Shown here: piece after piece, positions 38,560 to 49,055 of the stretch
How positions within the stretch are numbered: position 1 is the first letter of the stretch
Layout of the letters: every line of letters starts with the position of its first letter
From: Leptonemataceae bacterium
GTDB taxonomy: Bacteria; Spirochaetota; Leptospiria; Leptospirales; Leptonemataceae
NCBI GenBank assembly: GCA_965227295.1
Contig: OZ245742.1
Location: 3,424,001-3,488,000, forward strand
DNA length: 64,000 nucleotides
Reading direction: 5' to 3'
The notes under the pieces: generated by a model
The model's input: the letters and a program-made list of their open reading frames with translations, nothing else
The model's database searches: none
Told to the model about the DNA's origin: nothing
Position numbers and translations under genes: made by a program

Positions 38560-39348
38560 TCAATCGTCGCTGTCTTTCTGCGAGCTGTGCCGCGCGTAGC
38601 CGCGGTGGGACTTCGGCGCGACGAACTCGGCCCACTTCTTCAGGAAGGGATCGTCCTGGCCGTTCAGCCATTCTTGAAAGTCACCGAGCTTCATGCGCTT
38701 CCGGCAGAACAACTGGTAGCCCTCTTTGAGTTTGCTGACGCTCTCTTTCGGCGCCTTGTTCCGCTTGAGGCCGATGAGGTTTAATCCGCCCAGGCCGTTG
38801 TTCGAACCCACCATGGTAAACGGCAGGACGTCCTGGGCAACCCGGAAGAGACCGCCGACGATAGCCTGGGTGCCGACGCGCACATGCTGGTGAACGGCGG
38901 CGGCGGCGCCGAAGATAACGCGATCCTCCACAAGTACGAAACCGCCGAGCTTGGAATCGTTCGGCATAATGATGTGATTGCCGAGCACGCAGTCGTGGCC
39001 GATGTGGATGTTGCCCATGAAGTAGTTGTGATTGCCGATGATCGTCTTGCGGTTCGTTGAGCCGCGATGGAACGTTACGTGCTCACCGATGTAGTTGTCG
39101 TCGCCGATGTGCAGCGTCGTGTCCGTGTCTTTGAAGTTGATGTCCTGCGGTCCACCGCCCAGGGATGCACCGTGGCAAATGGTGTTGCGATCCCCGATTG
39201 TTACCGAGCCCTGAACGTACACATGGGGCGCGAACTTGTTGTCTTTGCCGATTTTCGCGCCGGCGTCGATGACCACGTACGGGCCGATTTCACAACCTTC
39301 GCCGATTTCAGCGTCTTTATCTACAATCGCGGTGGGGTGGATTTTCAT
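38560..39348 (-). CDS. lpxA: Acyl-ACP--UDP-GlcNAc acyltransferase
   Basis: IHPTAIV, GGPQD, HIGHDC, VHQHVRVG, QDVLPF, LNLIGLKR. Confidence 0.9.
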   Translation of the reverse strand: MKIHPTAIVDKDAEIGEGCEIGPYVVIDAGAKIGKDNKFAPHVYVQGSVTIGDRNTICHGASLGGGPQDINFKDTDTTLHIGDDNYIGEHVTFHRGSTNRKTIIGNHNYFMGNIHIGHDCVLGNHIIMPNDSKLGGFVLVEDRVIFGAAAAVHQHVRVGTQAIVGGLFRVAQDVLPFTMVGSNNGLGGLNLIGLKRNKAPKESVSKLKEGYQLFCRKRMKLGDFQEWLNGQDDPFLKKWAEFVAPKSHRGYARHSSQKDSDD

Positions 39349-39434
39349 TCGTAACTTCCTCGGGTGCTCTATCGAAAAAATCAATGCGAAGGTTCGCAGC
39401 AAGCCTTAGATTGTCGCTTACTTTTTTAACGCGG

Positions 39435-40334
39435 TTAGAGTTCCCTCACGCGCACACCGTCTTCGATTTCGCTGCCGGGATACACGATCACCACGTCGCC
39501 CGCGTTCAACCCGGCGTCGTCTTCCGCGGAAGATTGCAGCGCCACTTCCACGGCATTGCGCCCGGCCGGCTGCACGCTGAGTTTGCGCGCCCGGCCGTTC
39601 TCAATGCGAAAGACGGCCCAGTGGTCGCCTTCTCGAAACAGCGCGCCGGAGGGAATCTTCAGCACGTCCTCTGCGTTCGAGAGAATCAACGTGCACTCCA
39701 CGCGAAAGTTATCGCCCAGATTTTCCCAGAGTTCCGGCGGCGAGGTAATGTCCACCAATGCGTTGACGCGCTGCTCTTCCACGCCCAGGGACGAGAGCTT
39801 CGTCACCGCCGACGGTTCAATGCGGCGTACGGTTCCTTCGAGGACCTGGCGTCCGCCCCAGCGACTGATGCGCACCGGCGTCCCCGGCTTCACCCGCACG
39901 GCGTCCGCGGTGAGCAGATCCACGACAACCTCCAGCGACGCCGGGTCGCCGATTTCGAGAATCGCCATGCCGCGTTCGATGGGACCGGCATCCTCGCGGT
40001 GCACGCGCAGTACGTTTCCGGAAACCGGCGCGCTCACCGAACGCCGCGCGTCCCAGTCGATAAGCGCCACGGTCTGACCGCGCTGCACGCGATCCCCGGC
40101 GTGCACTTTCAAGCGTTGCAACACTCCGCTCACCGGCGCGAGCAGCAAAAATTTTTCCCGCACGCGTGTGGTGCCGTCCTCGGTTAAGATCTCCTGGAAC
40201 GGCCCGCGTTCTACGGCGGCGCTCTCGACGGGCAACGCCGCCGGAACGAAAAGCACGTACGCCAGGAGCAGCAAGATGAGCCCGCCCCCGGCAAACATCA
40301 GATAACGTCGATTCAACAATAACTTAAGATCCAT
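39435..40334 (-). CDS. HlyD/MFP periplasmic adaptor
   Basis: N-terminal TM, APVSG repeats, LGVEEQRVN. Confidence 0.9.
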   Translation of the reverse strand: MDLKLLLNRRYLMFAGGGLILLLLAYVLFVPAALPVESAAVERGPFQEILTEDGTTRVREKFLLLAPVSGVLQRLKVHAGDRVQRGQTVALIDWDARRSVSAPVSGNVLRVHREDAGPIERGMAILEIGDPASLEVVVDLLTADAVRVKPGTPVRISRWGGRQVLEGTVRRIEPSAVTKLSSLGVEEQRVNALVDITSPPELWENLGDNFRVECTLILSNAEDVLKIPSGALFREGDHWAVFRIENGRARKLSVQPAGRNAVEVALQSSAEDDAGLNAGDVVIVYPGSEIEDGVRVREL

Positions 40335-40339
40335 AACAG

Positions 40340-42754
40340 TTACTCGCGACTCTTCAGTACCGCGACCATGTCCAGACGATCGATGCGACGGCGAATGAAC
40401 CAGGCGCTCAGCACGCCGGCAATCAACACGACGATCACGGCCAGGGTAAAACTGGAAATTGAAATGATGATGGGAAAACGAATGCCGTCCACCGGCATGA
40501 GGCGAATCAGAAACACCACGAAAACGAAGCCCAGGGCGCAGCCGGGCAATAACGCCGGCGCCGTCTGGAAACTCAGTTCCCAGGCCAGCACCCGAAAGAC
40601 CTCCGCCCGGGAAAAACCCAGGACCCGGAGCGTCGCCAGTTCCCAGGAGCGCTCCGAGAGCGAGACCCGCGCCGTGTTGTAAACGACGCCGAAGGCGATG
40701 CTCACCGCGAACGTAATCAGGATGCCCGCGAAGACCTCGATGGTCCCGGCGGTCGTTTCTTCGATGGTGCGTAGAACCGAGGCCCGGCCGGCCACGGACT
40801 GCACTCGCGGCGCCGCCTTCAGCCGCGCGTAGAGTTCGTCGGCGAGGGCCTCGTCCACGTCCAGGGCGATGCGGTTTACGCTGCGTTCTTCGCCCAGGAG
40901 CCGGCGCAGGGCGTCCAGGTTCATGTAGGCCCCGCCGCCCAGGAGCTCCTCGGCCACGGCGACCACGGTTAACTCGACTTCGTTAGAATTTAGCGAACGT
41001 GTCGCAGTCTGCTCCACGTGAAAACGATCCGTTGCGAGCAAAGGCTCCAGGCGCACCGAGTCGCCGGCGCTCACGCCGAGTTTCTCCGCCAGGCCCGCGC
41101 TGAGCATGAGCCCCTCGGGTGGAACGTGAATGCGTTCGAGCTGCGCGTCCCGCAGAATGCGCAGCCGGGCGTCGGCGGGCAATCCCGTCACCGCGCTCTC
41201 TTCCCTGCGGTGCCCGGCGAACACACGCACTCCGATCAGACGATAGCCTTCGGCATAAAGGACGCCGGGGTAACGTTCGATCTCGTGCAGGGCCCGTGAG
41301 GACAGGGGCGTCTCAAAGGTAACGGTGGCGTCGGCGCGATCCATGAGACCGAAGTGCGCGTAGAAGATGTAATCGAGGGTGTCGCTCCAGAACAAACCCA
41401 GTACGACGATCAACACGGAAAAGGAAACCCCGAGAAACGAAAACACCGTGCGCAGTTTATGCAGGGCCAGGTTGCGCAAAGCCAGGCGACCACTCACGGA
41501 AAAAAAGCGCGTGAGCTGCCGGCGTTCCATCCAGCCCGCGCGGTAGGCCGGCGGGCTTTGCGGACGCATGGCCTCCGCGGGCGGCGTACGCAAAACGCCG
41601 TGAAGAACTCCGGCCCCGCCGGCGAGGGCCGTAACGAAACTCACGAGCAGGCCCAGAAACGCAATGCCCGGATCAAAGATGAAGTGCAGCGTCGGAAAGT
41701 GAAAGAAGAGTTTGTACATCTCGGTGCTCAGGTAGCCGAACCAGGCACCGAGGGCCAGGCCGAAGATCGCCCCGGGTAAAATGAGCGCGCTCACGAGCAT
41801 GGCGTAATGCAGCGCCACCGTTGCGTCGGCGTAGCCCACGGCCTTGAGCACGGCGATCTGTCCGCGCTGGGTTTGTACGAGCCGGCTTACGACGACGTTG
41901 ATCAAAAACGCCGCCACCGAAAGAAAGATCAACGGAACGACCGTCGCCATTACGTACTGCTGGCCGATCTCATTCGTAACGAAAACGTTCGAGACCTGCT
42001 TCTCGCGATCGTAGGCGCTCCCGCCGCCGTAGGGTTTCAGCAAACGATCGAGGGCGTCGAGCACACTCTCCGGACTGCCGGCGGGAGAGTACAACAACGC
42101 CAGCGAGTTGAACGAACCTTCGAGATCGGACGCGGCGGCCAGGGCGTCGCGCTGCATCCAGAAGACGCCGAAGTGTTCATTGTCGGGGAACGGCGAGTCC
42201 CCGCGGATGGCGTAGATGTACTCCGGTGAGACGGCCGTGCCGACGATGTGCAGTTTGCGATAACGACCCTGGAACAATGCCGCAATGCCGTCGCCGATGC
42301 GATAGCCGTTGGCTTTCGCGAAACCCTCGCTGACTAAAACCTCGGGCACCTCCGTCGCCGCGCTGCCGTGCGGCAGGCGTCCGCGCTGCAACTGCACACG
42401 ATTCAACGCCGTGGCCCCGTCCGGCGGCAGGGAGACGAAACGACCCACCACCGGTTCCAGGGAGCCGGGGATGTCCAGGATCGAGTCGCGAACGATGCGC
42501 AATTCGAAGGCGCTCACGCCGGGAATGGCGGCGATGTCTTCGCGCAACGAGAGCGGCGCCCGGCGCAGATCAGCGAAGGCGTCGGCGAAACGCGAGGTCC
42601 GGTAAAAATCCTCCTGCGCGGTTTCCAGAGATCGGTAAGTGCTGAGCGACGAAACGAAAACGGCGATACCGGCGGCCGTGACCAGGGCGATGGTAAAGAC
42701 CTGGGCCCGAAGCAGTCCCAGATCCCGCAGGACCTTAACATGAATCGCCCGCAT
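40340..42754 (-). CDS. ABC exporter permease (two FtsX/MacB modules)
   Basis: IAVLKAVGY, ELATLRVLGF. Confidence 0.92.
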   Translation of the reverse strand: MRAIHVKVLRDLGLLRAQVFTIALVTAAGIAVFVSSLSTYRSLETAQEDFYRTSRFADAFADLRRAPLSLREDIAAIPGVSAFELRIVRDSILDIPGSLEPVVGRFVSLPPDGATALNRVQLQRGRLPHGSAATEVPEVLVSEGFAKANGYRIGDGIAALFQGRYRKLHIVGTAVSPEYIYAIRGDSPFPDNEHFGVFWMQRDALAAASDLEGSFNSLALLYSPAGSPESVLDALDRLLKPYGGGSAYDREKQVSNVFVTNEIGQQYVMATVVPLIFLSVAAFLINVVVSRLVQTQRGQIAVLKAVGYADATVALHYAMLVSALILPGAIFGLALGAWFGYLSTEMYKLFFHFPTLHFIFDPGIAFLGLLVSFVTALAGGAGVLHGVLRTPPAEAMRPQSPPAYRAGWMERRQLTRFFSVSGRLALRNLALHKLRTVFSFLGVSFSVLIVVLGLFWSDTLDYIFYAHFGLMDRADATVTFETPLSSRALHEIERYPGVLYAEGYRLIGVRVFAGHRREESAVTGLPADARLRILRDAQLERIHVPPEGLMLSAGLAEKLGVSAGDSVRLEPLLATDRFHVEQTATRSLNSNEVELTVVAVAEELLGGGAYMNLDALRRLLGEERSVNRIALDVDEALADELYARLKAAPRVQSVAGRASVLRTIEETTAGTIEVFAGILITFAVSIAFGVVYNTARVSLSERSWELATLRVLGFSRAEVFRVLAWELSFQTAPALLPGCALGFVFVVFLIRLMPVDGIRFPIIISISSFTLAVIVVLIAGVLSAWFIRRRIDRLDMVAVLKSRE

Positions 42755-42760
42755 GTTAGA

Positions 42761-43528
42761 CTACCAGTCGATGTCCTCGGGCCGTTTTTTGGTTTTGTTG
42801 CGCTCCGAGCGTTCGATGCTGCCGTCGGTCATGTACAGGACACGATCCGCCATGCCCGCGATGGCGGCGTTGTGAGTGATGATTACGGTGGTGGTGCCGA
42901 GGTCCTTGTTGACCGCGGCCAGAGCACTGAGTACCACGCGACCGGTGGATTGATCCAGGGCGCCGGTGGGTTCGTCGCAGAACAATACCCGCGGTCGTTT
43001 TGCAATGCCCCGGGCGATGGCGACGCGTTGCTGTTCCCCGCCGGACATCTGGGCGGGGAAGTGATGCATGCGCTGTTCCAGTCCGACCAGGCGCAGCGCT
43101 TCTTCCGGTGACAGCGGATTCTCGACGACCTCCACGGCGAGGCGGACATTCTCGGCGGCCGTGAGCCCGGGGATGAGATTGTAAAACTGAAAGACGAAAC
43201 CGATGTGTTCCCGGCGATACTCGGTCAATTCCTGATCGCCCGCGGTATGCAGTGAACGTCCGGTACTTTCGATGTCGCCGCCGCTGCGAGGCTCGGGAGC
43301 GTAATAGACTTCTCCGCTTGTGGCCGTATCCAGGCCGCCCAGGATGTTGAGCAACGTGGACTTGCCGCTGCCGGATGCGCCGAGCAACACCACGAACTCG
43401 CCGGCGTGCAAGTCCAGATCCACGCCGCGGAGGGCCGCGACCTCGATCTCGCCCATATGATACGTTTTCGTGACACCGCGCGCCCGAAAGATGATCGGTG
43501 CCGCCGTTGCTGTTTTGCGTCGGGCCAC
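42761..43528 (-). CDS. ABC ATP-binding protein (LolD/MacB type)
   Basis: [27 protein letters not shown]. Confidence 0.95.
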   Translation of the reverse strand: MARRKTATAAPIIFRARGVTKTYHMGEIEVAALRGVDLDLHAGEFVVLLGASGSGKSTLLNILGGLDTATSGEVYYAPEPRSGGDIESTGRSLHTAGDQELTEYRREHIGFVFQFYNLIPGLTAAENVRLAVEVVENPLSPEEALRLVGLEQRMHHFPAQMSGGEQQRVAIARGIAKRPRVLFCDEPTGALDQSTGRVVLSALAAVNKDLGTTTVIITHNAAIAGMADRVLYMTDGSIERSERNKTKKRPEDIDW

Positions 43529-43630
43529 GGATACACGCTTGTACGCGTATCACCGATCGCAAGCAAAAACCTGCGACAAGCGACGGGAACTCAGCCGCAC
43601 AACCTGCGCCCGGGTCGAACGCGGCTACAC

Positions 43631-44687
43631 ACTTAATCTTTCTCAAGATCCGCCACGTACCGCAGCTCTTGAACTACCGGAAACGCTCAAGTAGTTCCCA
43701 CACGCCCCGAGTCGTGGTGTAAGTGACGGCCAGTGTACATTAGCCTTGTATGGGTACAGCTGGTTCCAGCAGATGAACGGAGGTCATGCCGGGGAGCATG
43801 GTAAGGCGCACCGGAACGGCGTCTTCACTTTAAGAAACGCTAAGGTAGCTGCGTCGCAAACCGACGTCCGGGTCGAACGCAGCATTCTTAACAAAACGAA
43901 AAACCACAACTCCCGCGGACCGTAGCCAAAAAGGCCCTCAACGCTTGCCGACTTACTTTATGTTTCTCACAGCCAACGTGACGAACCGCAGCTCTTGAAT
44001 TACCGGTAAGTTTTATTCGTTCGAGGACGCCCCGAATCGTAGTGTAAGTGACGGCCAGTGTACATTAAGCCTTGTATGGGTACAGCTGGTTCCAGCAGAT
44101 GAACGGAGGTCATGCCGGGGAGTGTGGTAAGGCGCACCGGAACGGCGTCTTCGTCGTAAGAAACGTTACGGTAGCTGAGTCGCAAACCGACGTCCGGGTC
44201 GAACGCAGCATTCTTAACAAAACGAAAAACCACAACTCCCGCGGACCGTAGCCAAAAAGGCCCCTCAACGCTTGCCGGCTTACTTTATGTTTCTCACAGC
44301 CAACGTGACGAACCGCAGCTCTTGAATTACCGGTAAGTTTTATTCGTTCGAGGACGCCCCGAATCGTAGTGTAAGTAGCGGCCAGTGTACATTAAGCCTT
44401 GTATGGGTACGGCTGGTTCCAGCAGATGAACGGAGGTCATTCCGGGGAATGTGGTAAGGCGCACCGGAACGGCGTCTTCTTCGCAAGAGTCGCCCGGGTA
44501 GCTGAGTCGCAAACCGACGTCCGGGTCGAACGCAGCATTCTTAACAAAACGAAAGTCCACAACTCCCGCAAAGCCGTAGCCAAAAAAAGCCCTTCACAAT
44601 TCCGCGACTTACTTCGTGTTTCTCGTGGCAAACGCAACGAATCGCAGCTCTTGAACTACCGGAGAGTTTTGATTCGTTCGAGCGCGC
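43631..44687 (-). repeat. Tandem array 2 of family A unit (inverted relative to array 1)
   Basis: Reverse-complement anchors ending at 43823, 44149, 44476 (periods 326, 327). Confidence 0.97.
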
Positions 44688-44695
44688 ATATGTGT

Positions 44696-45073
44696 TCAAC
44701 GTTTCACGCCCACGATCATTACGATCCGCGCAACGACATAGATGAAGAGGAACGCAAGAATCCCGAACACGATGACACGCAGGGCCGACACGGCGATGTC
44801 GTCCCAGAACTCGCTGTCTACCAGGAAGTAGCCCGGCTCGTCCTGCGCGCGCGGGCCGGCGTGGCACATGCAACCGAAACGCGTAAAGCGGCCCAGGCGT
44901 TGTGCGTTCGTTTCGCCGTCGCCGGAGTACAAAGCCGCGCAGTTTGCGCTGCATTGCGTTTCGAGATAAGGGTCCACGTAATATGCGGTGAGCGCAAAGT
45001 AGGCGGCGAACATACACGCGGCTCCGATGATCACCATGACGATGCCGATGCTGTTGAGTTGCGTGCGGGCCAT
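44696..45073 (-). CDS. Small two-TM protein with Cys-rich loop
   Basis: Two TM helices flanking CSANC...GCMC. Confidence 0.65.
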   Translation of the reverse strand: MARTQLNSIGIVMVIIGAACMFAAYFALTAYYVDPYLETQCSANCAALYSGDGETNAQRLGRFTRFGCMCHAGPRAQDEPGYFLVDSEFWDDIAVSALRVIVFGILAFLFIYVVARIVMIVGVKR

Positions 45074-45103
45074 GCTGAACCATGCAACCGCGGGCAGGGC
45101 GCG

Positions 45104-45718
45104 TCAACGTTTTTGCTGCGGCGCATCCGTGGCACCGTGATACCACTGCTCGAATAAATCCACGGCCTCGTCGAAGTACTCCAGGCTGCCGGTGAGTTTC
45201 CACATTGTTACGGCGCCCTCGTGGCAGACATACATCTTGCGCGCGATGGAGACGGCGCGTGGCGTCGCGGGAAATCGGCCTTGCTTCATGCCGTTGCGAA
45301 TGAACGCCGTCATGCGCACGAGCCAGTGTTTGGCCAGATCGCGGACGTAGTCACGCATCTCCTCGTCCGCCGAGTCCGTCTGCATAATGAAATTCGCGAC
45401 GCCGCAGCCGTTGGCCAGGCTCTTGCCCGGCGCCGTTTCGTTTTTGTGAAAGCTCATCCACTTACGAAAGAACGTGACCAGGTCCGGCGCCGTTTCCGCG
45501 ATGCGGCTGATGTTCGCGGTCATGTGATCGCTGCGCCCCTTGACGAAGTCCCGGGCCAGTTCGTCCTTGCCCGCAAAGTAGCTGTAGAGCCCGGCCTTGT
45601 TCGTCCGGGCCGCCGCCACGATGTCGCTGACGCCCGTGTTCGGGTAGCCGTGCGTGTAAAAAAGGTCGTCCGCCGCGTGACGGAGGCGTTGTTCCAGGTC
45701 TGTTTTCGGTCGTGCCAT
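45104..45718 (-). CDS. TetR/AcrR family regulator
   Basis: MARPK...LFYTHGYPNTGVSDI...LYSYFAGKDEL. Confidence 0.92.
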   Translation of the reverse strand: MARPKTDLEQRLRHAADDLFYTHGYPNTGVSDIVAAARTNKAGLYSYFAGKDELARDFVKGRSDHMTANISRIAETAPDLVTFFRKWMSFHKNETAPGKSLANGCGVANFIMQTDSADEEMRDYVRDLAKHWLVRMTAFIRNGMKQGRFPATPRAVSIARKMYVCHEGAVTMWKLTGSLEYFDEAVDLFEQWYHGATDAPQQKR

Positions 45719-45763
45719 GATGCTCAATCCAACTGTGCGGGAGAAAAAGTACTTGCATGTTTT

Positions 45764-45811
45764 CGTACCGGTCGGTACGGTAATTCCATGGTTAGCGTAC
45801 CGATCAGTATG
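45764..45811. promoter_or_regulatory. Two candidate TetR operators
   Basis: CGTACCG-GT-CGGTACG (45764-45779) and CGTACCGATCAGTATG (45796-45811) in the divergent spacer. Confidence 0.7.
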
Positions 45812-45872
45812 GTAACCTCCGGCGTTCCGGGCAAGCCCTTTCCCGGGCCCGGCGCCGCACAGGAGCAGAAGT

Positions 45873-46373
45873 ATGAACGATCTCGAAAAACATCCGTCCT
45901 CGCTGGTGCGCATCCGTTTTCAGGACTGCGATCCCTTCGGCCATCTGAACAACGGCCGTTATCTCGATTACGTCATCAACGCCCGGGAGCAGCAGCTCCT
46001 GGACTACTACAACCTCGACGTCTACGCCGAGCGTTTTCGAGATCTGAACTGGGTCGTACGAACGAGTCGCGTCGCTTACCAGGTCCCACTGTTGCCGAAT
46101 CAACAGGTGCGCATCCAGACGGCGTTGTTGAACTATTCGCGCTCGGCATTGAATGTCGAGGCGGTGTTGAGCGATCCGGAAACGAACGTAATTCACGCCG
46201 CGGCCTGGGTGAACCTGGTGCACGTGAATCTGAAGACCGGCCGCCCGGCGAAACACGCGGAAGATTTGCTGGAGTTGTTCGAGGCCGTGCAGTTGGGCAT
46301 TGAGCCGGCGAGTGACGCGGAACGGTTTAAGACGATTAAGAAAGAACGGGAGCGGGTTACAGCGGGGGTGTAA
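45873..46373 (+). CDS. Acyl-CoA thioesterase
   Basis: DCDPFGHLNNGRY. Confidence 0.9.
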   Translation: MNDLEKHPSSLVRIRFQDCDPFGHLNNGRYLDYVINAREQQLLDYYNLDVYAERFRDLNWVVRTSRVAYQVPLLPNQQVRIQTALLNYSRSALNVEAVLSDPETNVIHAAAWVNLVHVNLKTGRPAKHAEDLLELFEAVQLGIEPASDAERFKTIKKERERVTAGV

Positions 46374-46489
46374 GATCAGGATAGCCGGACGGTGTTTTGC
46401 GGTCCGGCTGTCAAACTAACATCGTTTGCAACGCCCGCGCCGATACCCAATTCTCTTGACGCGCCTTAGCCCCTCATCATGCTCGCGCC

Positions 46490-48214
46490 ATGCATTTGTT
46501 ACACCCGTCCGATCCGACTCATCCCGACTTCGACAACGAGACCAACGACCTGCTGCGCAAGACCGTCGCCTTTTTTGAAAACAAGGGCAAGGCGGCCATG
46601 AAAGACGAGGACCACCGCGCCGTGTGGGTCCAGGACTTCATGGACTTCATCAAAGACAGCGGCGTGTTCGCTAAGTTTCTCACGCCGTCGGCCTACGGAA
46701 CGGACGGCTGTCGTTTCGATATGGCGCGCAATGCACGCATGAGCGAAATCCTCGGTTTTTATTCGCTGTCGCACTGGTATCCCTGGCAGGTTTCGATCCT
46801 GGGCCTGGGACCGTTCTGGATGTCGGATAACGAAGAAATGAAACGCAAGGCCGCCGCGGATCTCGCCGCCGGCGGGGTCTTCGGTTTCGCGCTCTCCGAA
46901 AAAGAACACGGCGCCGACCTCATCGGCACGGACATGATGCTGCATTCGAACGACGGCGGTGGTTACCTGGCCCGCGGCGACAAGTACTACATCGGCAACG
47001 GCAACTGCGCGGCCATGCTCTCGTGTTTCGCGAAGGTCGACGGCTCGAAGGAGTTCGCCTTCTTCGCGGTGCGCCCGGACCACGAAAAGTACGAGCTCTT
47101 ACAGAACGTCGTCTTCTCGCAGAAGTACGTCGCCGAGTTCATGCTGCACGATTATCCCGTGGGCGAGAACGAAATCCTCAGTCGCGGTCGCGCCGCGTGG
47201 GATGCCTCGCTCGCCACCGTCGCTTACGCGAAGTACAATCTCGGCCCGGGTTCGTGCGGCATCGCCACGCATGCGTTCTACGAAGCGATCCACCACGCCG
47301 GCCATCGCAAGCTCTACAACTCCTACGTCACCGACTTCCCGCACATCAAACAGCTCTTCACCGAAGCTTACGCGCGTCTCGTCGCTCTGCGTTTGTTCGC
47401 GTACCGCGCCAAAGACTACATGCGCGTCGCGTCCGCCGACGACCGGCGCTATCTACTCTACAATCCCATGGTAAAAATGAAAGTTACCATGCAGGCGGAG
47501 TCGGTCATTGATTTGATCTGGGACGTCATTGCCGCGCGCGGTTTCTGCAAGGATATGTACTTCGAGTCGGCGACGCGGGACATCCGCATGCTGCCGAAGC
47601 TCGAGGGCACGGCGCATGTGAACATGGTGCTCGTGCTTAAGTTCATGCAGGCGTATCTTTTCGACGAAACGCCGGTGCCCGCCGTACCGTCGGGGAACAC
47701 GCCGCACGAAGAGGACTATCTTTTCCGTCAGGGCGCGACGACGAAGAAACTCGACGCCGTGGGTTTCGGGCCGTGGCGCGAAAAATACGCGCGGCGTTCC
47801 GAACCCAACGTCGGCGTCTTTCTCGCGCAGGCGGACGCCTTCCGTGAATTCTTGCAGAGTTGCCCGCCGGACGCGGAGCAATCGAAGGACCTGGACTTCA
47901 TGCTGGCCGTGGGCGAAATGTTTACGTTGATTGCGTACGGCGGTTTGGTCCTCGAACAGGCAGACTTCGACTCCGTCGACAGCGCCATCGTCGACGAGAT
48001 CTTCGCCTTCCAGGTGCGCGACTTCAGCCGTCACGCGCTGATCCTCTATCAAAAGCCGTCGACCACGGCGGACCAGCAGGCGGCGTGCCAGCGAATTATG
48101 CAACGCCCGCGTCACGACGAAGCGCGTGCGCGGAAGGTGTACGACATTGTCATGAACTTAAAAGACGCTTACGTGATGCCGGAGGAGCCGGGCAAGGTCG
48201 CCGTCGCGCGCTGA
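46490..48214 (+). CDS. Acyl-CoA dehydrogenase family protein
   Basis: FALSEKEHGADL, GDKYYIGNG, LPKLEGT. Confidence 0.92.
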   Translation: MHLLHPSDPTHPDFDNETNDLLRKTVAFFENKGKAAMKDEDHRAVWVQDFMDFIKDSGVFAKFLTPSAYGTDGCRFDMARNARMSEILGFYSLSHWYPWQVSILGLGPFWMSDNEEMKRKAAADLAAGGVFGFALSEKEHGADLIGTDMMLHSNDGGGYLARGDKYYIGNGNCAAMLSCFAKVDGSKEFAFFAVRPDHEKYELLQNVVFSQKYVAEFMLHDYPVGENEILSRGRAAWDASLATVAYAKYNLGPGSCGIATHAFYEAIHHAGHRKLYNSYVTDFPHIKQLFTEAYARLVALRLFAYRAKDYMRVASADDRRYLLYNPMVKMKVTMQAESVIDLIWDVIAARGFCKDMYFESATRDIRMLPKLEGTAHVNMVLVLKFMQAYLFDETPVPAVPSGNTPHEEDYLFRQGATTKKLDAVGFGPWREKYARRSEPNVGVFLAQADAFREFLQSCPPDAEQSKDLDFMLAVGEMFTLIAYGGLVLEQADFDSVDSAIVDEIFAFQVRDFSRHALILYQKPSTTADQQAACQRIMQRPRHDEARARKVYDIVMNLKDAYVMPEEPGKVAVAR

Positions 48215-48223
48215 ACGAACACT

Positions 48224-48866
48224 TCAGGGGCCGGTGCGAACGCAACGGACGTAGTAGGTGTTCGACTTGTTGCCGAAGCTCGTGAAGCCGGAAACGAAGA
48301 TCATTCTCCACGCCTGGGCGACCGTACCCACGTTCGTGGAGGACGTCCAGTAATCCGAGGACAAATCCAGGGCGTCACAATCCGCCAGGGCCGTCACCCA
48401 GTTTCGTTGCGTTGCCGTCCCGGTGGTGCAGTCGGAACCGCCCGTGGGCACGCCGGCGGTGTCGTTGGTGCATTGAGTAAACACCAGGTTCGTCGTACTG
48501 TCGAAGATGGTGCCGTTGACCTGATCCGTATAGCCGGCGTCGGGCATCGTTTCCCCGGAAACGCAACGAACATAACTGCCCGTGGCCGGGGCCTGTCCGC
48601 CCGCGAGTCCGTTACGCATGTCAATGTACCAGAATTGCCCGGGGGTTGGGACATAGGCGATGGCCGTCCAGTAATTGGCGGACACGCCGTTGCCCGGTTG
48701 ATTCGGGAAGTAACTGTTCACGTCGTCGTCATCGGCAATGGGATCGCTGTAGTTGTAATCCGGTAAGAGTGAAAGAATCGGCGCCGGCATCCCGGCAAGT
48801 GCAGAAGAACGGCACCATGACGGCAAAAAGAGCGATCATGATGATTCCATGGATTCTTGCTATCAT
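48224..48866 (-). pseudogene. Degraded DUF1566 (Lcl-like) exported protein gene
   Basis: YWT...W...YVRCV twice; the usual WRLP..EL segments are missing, and the signal-like N-terminus (MIARIHG...) is out of frame. Confidence 0.7.
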
Positions 48867-49055
48867 CGATGGGTCGCGGGCCGGAAGATGCATGGCGGCC
48901 GCAGAGTGAGCCAGAGCCGGTTGTGGGCCGGATGGGAAGATCGAGTGCATCCGGACCCCTTCGTAAGTGGGTTCATCCGGCCATTCGTGTCAAATAGAAT
49001 CCCCGCCGATTTTGAATGCGCGTCTTGCCGGCGCCGGCCACGGGTGGGGGCGCTA

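Noticed and set aside
43631..44687. Integron attC array
   Set aside because: No cassette ORFs between units, no RYYYAAC/GTTRRRY-bounded palindrome recognised, and no integrase
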